Part shown: piece by piece, positions 57,851-64,000 of the stretch
Layout: the number at the start of each line of letters is the position of its first letter
Numbering within the stretch: the first letter of the stretch is position 1
NCBI GenBank assembly: GCA_963732385.1
Contig: CAVSZB010000005.1
Coordinates: 128,001-192,000 of the forward strand
Source of the DNA: an uncultured bacterium
GTDB lineage: Bacteria > Krumholzibacteriota > Krumholzibacteriia > LZORAL124-64-63
Direction: 5' to 3'
Length of the DNA stretch: 64,000 nucleotides
Made by a program: the position numbers and the translations under genes
Notes under the pieces: model-generated
Told to the model about the DNA's origin: nothing
The model's input: only the letters and a program-made list of their open reading frames with translations
Databases searched by the model: none

Positions 57851-60800
57851 ATGAGACGTCTGTTCGTCGCGTGCCTGCTGACGGCCCTGGGTCTGGGCGC
57901 CGCAATCGCTTCCGCTCTCACCCCGCCCGTCATTTCCGACCAGGCCAACCTCGAGGACATGCGTCTGCTGCGCCAGCCCGACATCCACGGCGACCGGATC
58001 GTGTTCGTCCACGGAGGGAACCTCTGGATCGTGCCGGCCGCGGGCGGCGAGGCCCGGCGGCTCACCAGCGCCGTCGGCTACGAACAGATGCCGAAGTTCT
58101 CCCCGGACGGGACGCAGATCGCCTTCACGGGCGAGTACGACGGGAACACCGACGTCTACGTGATGCCGGCCGCCGGGGGCGAGCCGGTGCGGCTCACCTT
58201 CCACCCGGCCTGGGACCGGGTGGTCGACTGGGAGCCCGACGGCAAGTCGATCCGGCTCCTTTCGCCGCGCCGGCAGTGGGGCGGCTTCTCGGTCCCCCTG
58301 TGGACGGTGCCGGTCGCCGGCGGACTGGAAACCCAGCTTCCGTTCTCCGAGGGGGGACTGTCGAGCTGGTCGCCCGACGGCAGGCGGCTCGCGTTCAACC
58401 GCCAGATCGTGGAGAACCGCTACTGGAAACGCTACAAGGGCGGCATGGCGCAGGACATCTGGGTCCACGACTTCAGGGACGGCAGGACCACGCGGCTGAC
58501 CGATTGGGTCGGCGCCGACAACTTCCCGATGTGGGCGGGCGACACGATCTACTTCACCAGTGACCGCACCGGCCGGCTCCAGATCTGGGCGCACGACATG
58601 AAATCGGGGCAGGAGCGCCAGATCACGAAGCATGAGGAGTACGACGTCAAGTGGCCGAGCCTCGGCACCGACTCCATCGTCTACGAGAACGGCGGCTGGC
58701 TCTGGGTGCTCGATCTGGCGTCCGGCCAGTCGCGCCGCGTCACCGTCTCCCTGCACGACGACCGCATCCTGGCCCGCCCGTCGTTCCGAGACGTGAGCGA
58801 CCGGATCGAGACCGCCGGCCTCGCGCCCGACGCGAACCGCGCCGTGTTCGTGGCCCGCGGCGACATCTTCACGGTTCCGGCCGACAAGGGCGACGTGCGC
58901 AACCTCACCCAGACCCCCGGCATCCGCGAACGCGGGGCCGCCTGGTCGCCCGACGGCCGCTGGATCGCCTACCTGAGCGACCGCACCGGCGAGTACGAGG
59001 TCTACCTCCGGCCGGGCGACGGCAAAGGGCCGGAGAAGCAGGTCACGCGGGGGGGCGGCAACTGGCGGTTCGACCCGCGCTGGTCGCCCGATTCAAAACG
59101 CCTCGCCTTCTCCGATTCGGATTTCGATCTCTGGCTGGTCGAGGCGGACGGCGGCGCCCTGACGAAGGTCGACCACGCGCCGGTGCGCGAGATCGACGAC
59201 CTGTCGTGGAGCGCCGACGGACGCTGGCTCGCCTACGCGAAGGCGGAGCCGAACCAGTTCCGCTCGCTCTTCCTCTACGACACGAAAACGCAGGGCATCA
59301 CCCGCGTGACGTCCGATTTGACCGACGACGCGAACCCGGCCTTCGACCCGGACGGCAAGTATCTCTTCTTTTCCTCGGCCCGGCACTTCCAGCCGGCGTT
59401 CGGCGGCTACGACCAGCGCCCGTTCTTCACCCGCCAGGACGGCCTTTACCTCGTCACGCTGAAGGCGGCCGACGCCAACCCGTTCGCGCCGGAAAGCGAC
59501 GAGGTCGCGGTGAAGGACGCGGACAAGCCGGCCGACGGCGCCAGGGACAAGAAGAAGGAGAAGGGCGACGACAAGAAAGGGGACAAGAAGGACGACAAGG
59601 AGGCCGCGAAGACGGCGCCCGTCGAGATCGATCTGGACGGGATCGGCGAGCGGGTCGTGGCGCTCCCGGTCGAGGCAGGCAACTTCGTGACGCTGCGCGC
59701 GGCCGAAGGCAAGCTGTTCTTCATCGACCGCCCCGCGCTGCCCGAAGGCGGCGACGACGAAGAGGATGGCGGCGGCGGCACGCTGAAGGTCTTCCTCATG
59801 GACAAACGCGAGGCCAAAGATGTCCTGCCGGGCCTGACCGGGTACGACCTGTCGACCGACGGCAAGAAGCTCCTCTACGCAATGGGAGCCAAGTACGGCA
59901 TCGTCGAGGCGGCGGCCGACCAGAAGCCGGCCGAGAAGCCGCTGCGCACCGGCGAGATGAAGGCGAAGGTCGATCCGCGGGCCGAATGGGCGCAGATGTT
60001 CCGCGAGGTCTGGCGGCTCGAGCGCGATTTCTTCTACGACCCCGGCATGCACGGCGTCGACTGGGAGGCGATGGGCCGCCGCTACGGGCAACTCGCCCCC
60101 TACGCCGCGCACCGCGCCGACCTGGAGTACCTCGTCGGCGAGCTGATCGGCGAGCTGAACTGCTCCCACACCTACGCCGGCGGGGGCGACCTGCCGAAGG
60201 TGCCGCGCATCGGCACGGGGCTGCTCGGCTGTGACTTCCGGCTCGAACCGGGCGCCGACCGCTACCGGATCGTCGACATCCTGCGCGAACGCGACTGGAA
60301 TGCCGACCAGCGCACGCCGCTCGCCGGCCCCGGCATCGACGTGAAAGAGGGCGACTTTTTGCTCACCGTCGACGGCGTCGACCTGCGCGCGCCCACCAGC
60401 CCCTACAGTCTGTTCGAGAACAAGGTCGACCGGCAGGTCGTCCTGAAGGTCTCGGCCGACACATCGGGCAATAACGCCCGCGAGGTGACGGTGCAGCCGA
60501 TCGGCTCGGAGCTCGGCCTGCGCTACGTGAAGTGGGTCGGCGACAACCGGCGCAAGGTGGCCGAGCTGTCACACGGGCGCATCGGCTACTTCCACATGCC
60601 GAACACGGCGGTCGGCGGCGTGCAGGAGTTTACCAAGGGGTACTACCCGCAGCTCAAGCGTGACGCGATCATCATCGACGAACGCAACAACGGGGGCGGC
60701 TTCATCCCCGACATTTTCACGCTCGTGCTCGGCCAGAAGCCGATCAACATGTGGGGCCGCCGGCCCGGCATGCAGAGCGAGGTCACGCCCCCCACCGCTT

Positions 60801-61186
60801 TCGCCGGCCCGCAGGCGATGCTGACCAACGGCTACGCCGGCAGCGGCGGCGACGCGCTGCCGTGGTACTTCCAGCAGGCGAAGATCGGGCCGGTGATCGG
60901 CACCCGCACCTGGGGCGGTCTGGTCGGCATCGACCGGGGCATCTCCCTGATGGACGGCGGCTACATCACGATGCCGTCGTTCGGCTTCTACATGCTCGAC
61001 GGCAAGTGGGGCGTGGAGAACCACGGCACCGAGCCCGACATCGACATCGACAACCTGCCCGATGAGGAGTACCGGGGGCATGACGCCCAGCTTGAAAAGG
61101 CGGTGGAGGTGCTGCTGAAGGAGCTCGACAAGGGCGGGTCGCGCCTGCCGGAGCGTCCTGCCTATCCGCGCGACAAGATGCAATAG
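57851..61186 (+). CDS. Tricorn-like S41 protease (secreted)
   Basis: PD40 propellers, GELN.SH, PDZ region, D.R.NGGG, AGSGGD, IG.RTWGG, ENHG.EPD. Confidence 0.94.
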   Translation: MRRLFVACLLTALGLGAAIASALTPPVISDQANLEDMRLLRQPDIHGDRIVFVHGGNLWIVPAAGGEARRLTSAVGYEQMPKFSPDGTQIAFTGEYDGNTDVYVMPAAGGEPVRLTFHPAWDRVVDWEPDGKSIRLLSPRRQWGGFSVPLWTVPVAGGLETQLPFSEGGLSSWSPDGRRLAFNRQIVENRYWKRYKGGMAQDIWVHDFRDGRTTRLTDWVGADNFPMWAGDTIYFTSDRTGRLQIWAHDMKSGQERQITKHEEYDVKWPSLGTDSIVYENGGWLWVLDLASGQSRRVTVSLHDDRILARPSFRDVSDRIETAGLAPDANRAVFVARGDIFTVPADKGDVRNLTQTPGIRERGAAWSPDGRWIAYLSDRTGEYEVYLRPGDGKGPEKQVTRGGGNWRFDPRWSPDSKRLAFSDSDFDLWLVEADGGALTKVDHAPVREIDDLSWSADGRWLAYAKAEPNQFRSLFLYDTKTQGITRVTSDLTDDANPAFDPDGKYLFFSSARHFQPAFGGYDQRPFFTRQDGLYLVTLKAADANPFAPESDEVAVKDADKPADGARDKKKEKGDDKKGDKKDDKEAAKTAPVEIDLDGIGERVVALPVEAGNFVTLRAAEGKLFFIDRPALPEGGDDEEDGGGGTLKVFLMDKREAKDVLPGLTGYDLSTDGKKLLYAMGAKYGIVEAAADQKPAEKPLRTGEMKAKVDPRAEWAQMFREVWRLERDFFYDPGMHGVDWEAMGRRYGQLAPYAAHRADLEYLVGELIGELNCSHTYAGGGDLPKVPRIGTGLLGCDFRLEPGADRYRIVDILRERDWNADQRTPLAGPGIDVKEGDFLLTVDGVDLRAPTSPYSLFENKVDRQVVLKVSADTSGNNAREVTVQPIGSELGLRYVKWVGDNRRKVAELSHGRIGYFHMPNTAVGGVQEFTKGYYPQLKRDAIIIDERNNGGGFIPDIFTLVLGQKPINMWGRRPGMQSEVTPPTAFAGPQAMLTNGYAGSGGDALPWYFQQAKIGPVIGTRTWGGLVGIDRGISLMDGGYITMPSFGFYMLDGKWGVENHGTEPDIDIDNLPDEEYRGHDAQLEKAVEVLLKELDKGGSRLPERPAYPRDKMQ

Positions 61187-61217
61187 CGGCGCCGCGCCAC
61201 CGCGCCCGGCGATACGG

Positions 61218-61257
61218 AAACGCAACGCCCCGGAACGGTCCGGGGCGTTGCGCGTTT
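61218..61257. terminator. Bidirectional terminator between convergent genes
   Basis: 14-bp stem cgcaacgccccgga/tccggggcgttgcg flanked by AAA and TTT. Confidence 0.65.
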
Positions 61258-61280
61258 CACGGACCGGCGCGCGCCGCGGC

Positions 61281-62720
61281 TCAGGCGCCGGCGTCCGCCG
61301 CCAGCCGCACCGCGGCGGCGCGGATCGCCGCCCACGCCGCCACGACGTCGTCCCGTGTCGTCGTGGTCTGCCCGATGCACAGACGCAACGTGTAGGCGCC
61401 GCCGAGGCGGGTGTGGCTGAGGTACAGCTCGCCGCCGTCGTTGAGGGTGGTCAGCAGCCGCTCGTTGAGCGCGTCGAGGTCGGCCGGCGCGGCGAACGGG
61501 GGTCGCCAGCGCCAGCAGACGAGATTCAGCGGGGTCGGCGCCAGCAGCTCGAAATCGGGATCGGCGGCGATCCAGTTGCTCAGCTCCTGCGCCCAGGCGA
61601 CGTGCCGGCGCACCCGTTCGCGGATGCCATCCACGCCGAAACTCCGGATGACGAACCAGAGCTTCAAGGCGCGGAACCGACGACCGAGCTGGACGTGCCA
61701 GTCGCGGAAATTGCTCACGCCGCCGTCGTGCGCGGTGCGCAGGTACTCCGGGTTCACCGCCAGCGTGCGCACGAGGAAGTCGGGGTCGCGCACGAAGTAG
61801 GCGGAGCAGTCGAAATTGGTGAACATCCACTTGTGCGGGTTGAACACGAACGAGTCGGCCAGCTCGACGCCGTCGAGGATCCAGCGCAACTCCGGCACGA
61901 TCGCGGCCGTGCCGGCCAGCGCGCCGTCAACGTGGAACCACATGCCGTGACGGCGGCAGATCTCGCCCACCGCCCGCAGCGGATCGAGCGCGGTCGAGCC
62001 GGTCGTGCCGACCGTGCCGACGGCGCAGGCCGGGATCAGACCCGCCGCGAGGTCGTCCGCCACGGCCGCGTCCAGCGCGCCGGAATCGAGCGCCCAGTCG
62101 CCATCGACCGGCAGCTTGCGCACCCGGTCACGCCCGAAGCCGGCGATCTTCGCCCCCTTCTCCAGGGACGAATGCGCCTCGGACGAGGCGTACACCACCA
62201 GCCGGTCCGCGCCGGCCGCCGCCGCCCCCTCCCGGTTGAAGCGGCCGTCGGTAGCCCGTTCCCGCGCGCACAGCAGCGCGGTGAGGGTCGCCGTGGAGGC
62301 CGTGTCCTGAATGACCCCCCGCCAGCCGGCCGGCAGGTCAAGCATGCGGCGCAGCCACTCGATGACCACCTCTTCCAACTCCGTGGCGGCCGGCGAGGTC
62401 TCCCACACCATGCCCTGCGCGCCCAGGCCGGCGGCCAGCAGCTCCCCCAGGACCGACGGATAGCTCGTGTTGGCGGGGAAGTAGGCAAAGAATCGCGGAT
62501 GCTGCCAGTGGGTGACGCCCGGCATCAGCAGCGCGTGGAAATCGGCGAGCGCCGCGTCGAGCGGTTCGCCCACCTCGGGAGGGGACTCGGGCAATCGCGC
62601 CCGGATCTGGCCCGGCGCGACCTGCGCCCGCACCGGAAAGGCGCGCACCCCGCCGTCGAGGTAATCGGCGATCCAGTCCACGAGCGCGTGGCCGTGGCGG
62701 CGGAACTCTTCCCTCTCCAT
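61281..62720 (-). CDS. PLP-dependent aromatic-L-amino-acid decarboxylase
   Basis: PG.THWQHP.FFAYFP, SPAATELE, AHSS.EK, FNPHKW, LGRRFRALKLW. Confidence 0.93.
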   Translation of the reverse strand: MEREEFRRHGHALVDWIADYLDGGVRAFPVRAQVAPGQIRARLPESPPEVGEPLDAALADFHALLMPGVTHWQHPRFFAYFPANTSYPSVLGELLAAGLGAQGMVWETSPAATELEEVVIEWLRRMLDLPAGWRGVIQDTASTATLTALLCARERATDGRFNREGAAAAGADRLVVYASSEAHSSLEKGAKIAGFGRDRVRKLPVDGDWALDSGALDAAVADDLAAGLIPACAVGTVGTTGSTALDPLRAVGEICRRHGMWFHVDGALAGTAAIVPELRWILDGVELADSFVFNPHKWMFTNFDCSAYFVRDPDFLVRTLAVNPEYLRTAHDGGVSNFRDWHVQLGRRFRALKLWFVIRSFGVDGIRERVRRHVAWAQELSNWIAADPDFELLAPTPLNLVCWRWRPPFAAPADLDALNERLLTTLNDGGELYLSHTRLGGAYTLRLCIGQTTTTRDDVVAAWAAIRAAAVRLAADAGA

Positions 62721-62739
62721 GACGCGACCTCCCCGCCCG

Positions 62740-63381
62740 TCAACCGGTCAGGCGACGCATCGCCACGGTCAGCGCCCACAACCCCGCCATGCAGAGCAGC
62801 ACGCCGAGCAGCCGCAACGCCCGGGGGAGCAGCGTCCGACCCAGCCGCGAACCGGTATGACGCAACAACCAGAGCAGGAACGTGAACCACGCCACGATTC
62901 CGGCCGGCACTCCGGCGGCGAACTGCAGCCGGGCCTCACGAGTGGTCGGCTCGAGGCCCACGGCGTGCAACGCCGCCAGCACGCCGGCCCAGCTCAGCAG
63001 CACCCCGGGATTGACGACGACCAGCGAGAAACCAAGGGCGATCTCCGCAAACCAGCCGCGGCCCGTCGCGGAAGGCAAATGGGACGGCGGCGGCGAGCCG
63101 TCACGCCGCAGCAGCAGGCGCAGGCCGAGCATCAGCACCAGCGCACCGCCCACCGCCCCGGCGGCCGGACGCAGCCAGACCCAGCGATCGAGCAGAACAC
63201 CGTAGCCCAGCAACGCGCCGACGCACCAGCCGGTCTCGGCGAGCGCGGCCCCCGTTGCCAGCGCCAAGCCATGGTGCGCGCGTCCGGTCAGGCCGCGCTT
63301 GATGACCAGGGCTGAAACCGGCCCGGCCAGCGGCATGGAGCCGAGCCAGCCGAGCGCGCAGCCGAGCAGGGCCGGGTTCAC
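62740..63381 (-). CDS. LysE family transporter
   Basis: G...S.P..GPV..LVI.RG, GF....NP, multiple TM segments. Confidence 0.8.
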   Translation of the reverse strand: MNPALLGCALGWLGSMPLAGPVSALVIKRGLTGRAHHGLALATGAALAETGWCVGALLGYGVLLDRWVWLRPAAGAVGGALVLMLGLRLLLRRDGSPPPSHLPSATGRGWFAEIALGFSLVVVNPGVLLSWAGVLAALHAVGLEPTTREARLQFAAGVPAGIVAWFTFLLWLLRHTGSRLGRTLLPRALRLLGVLLCMAGLWALTVAMRRLTG

Positions 63382-64000
63382 GACTCCGGTCCGAAGGTCC
63401 GCCGCGCGAGGGCAAGATCCTCGGCGGTATCGATTTCGAGGCAGGCCAGGTCGCCGATGTCCACGGCATGCACGGTCTCGCCGGCGCGGATCAACTCCAC
63501 GAACGCCGCCTCGTAGAACTCGCGGCGTCCGGGTCCCGCGTGCACGCGGCGCTCCAGCTCCGCGAACAGCTTCGCCGCGAACCCGGGGCTGAACATCTCG
63601 ATACCGACCGACTCCCCGGCCGTCTCCACCGGCGGCAGCTCCTTGCCAAGGTCGCTTACCGTGTCTTCGGGCCCGAGTCGCACCTTCATCTCCTCTTCGC
63701 CCAGTTCGCCCTCCGAGCGCAGCAGCAGCCGGTTGGGACGCTGGTCATCGAGAAGCAGGTCGAGCACTTCGGGGACGAAGACAAGATCACCATCGAGCAG
63801 CAGCAACGGCTCCGGCTTCTCGTACCGCGCGAGCCAGAGGGAGTAGGCGTTGTTGGTCTCGGCCCACGCCGCATTGCGCACGAAGCGGAACCACTCGACC
63901 GGAAAGCGGGCGGTCAGCGCCGCGCGCACCTGGTCGCCCAGCCAGCCATCCACGACGGTGAACCGTGTGAGCCCCCGCTCGCCCAGCAGGTCTACGGCCC
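63378..64000 (-). CDS. Phosphocholine-cytidylyltransferase-like NTP transferase (5' end outside window)
   Basis: N..W.ETNN.YSL, LLDGD, EEMKV, GESVG, EIDT.ED. Frame is open to the window edge. Confidence 0.82.
   Translation of the reverse strand, partial: AVDLLGERGLTRFTVVDGWLGDQVRAALTARFPVEWFRFVRNAAWAETNNAYSLWLARYEKPEPLLLLDGDLVFVPEVLDLLLDDQRPNRLLLRSEGELGEEEMKVRLGPEDTVSDLGKELPPVETAGESVGIEMFSPGFAAKLFAELERRVHAGPGRREFYEAAFVELIRAGETVHAVDIGDLACLEIDTAEDLALARRTFGPES

Overview
High-GC bacterial chromosomal window with diderm hallmarks (Mla transporter, outer-membrane barrels). A FlgD-Ig-tailed secreted protein suggests an FCB-affiliated candidate phylum, which is an inference. Most of the window is housekeeping: mlaE/F/D, dnaB, yicC-gmk-rpoZ-coaBC-udg, rho-rpmE-DUF1385-prfA-prmC-murA-selB-ispG, ychF, ogt, glgP, rocD, pckA, a tricorn protease and an aromatic amino acid decarboxylase. 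Five things stand out. (1) A lower-GC RiPP locus at ~4.6-9.7 kb: a 60-aa double-glycine-leader precursor with a CxCxC-x3-CxC core, an RRE-like/radical SAM/SPASM maturase, and a convergent C39-peptidase ABC exporter with a hairpin-less adaptor. (2) A ~200-340 nt highly structured candidate RNA at ~47.2-47.5 kb, between a sigma70 promoter with tandem operators and a winged-helix regulator. (3) Six co-oriented DnaA-box-like motifs upstream of dnaB. (4) A 99-bp element with perfect 26-bp terminal inverted repeats. (5) Single-base frameshifts in two genes, probably sequence errors. No rRNA, tRNA, CRISPR array or transposase was seen. Family assignments come from motif recognition, not database searches.
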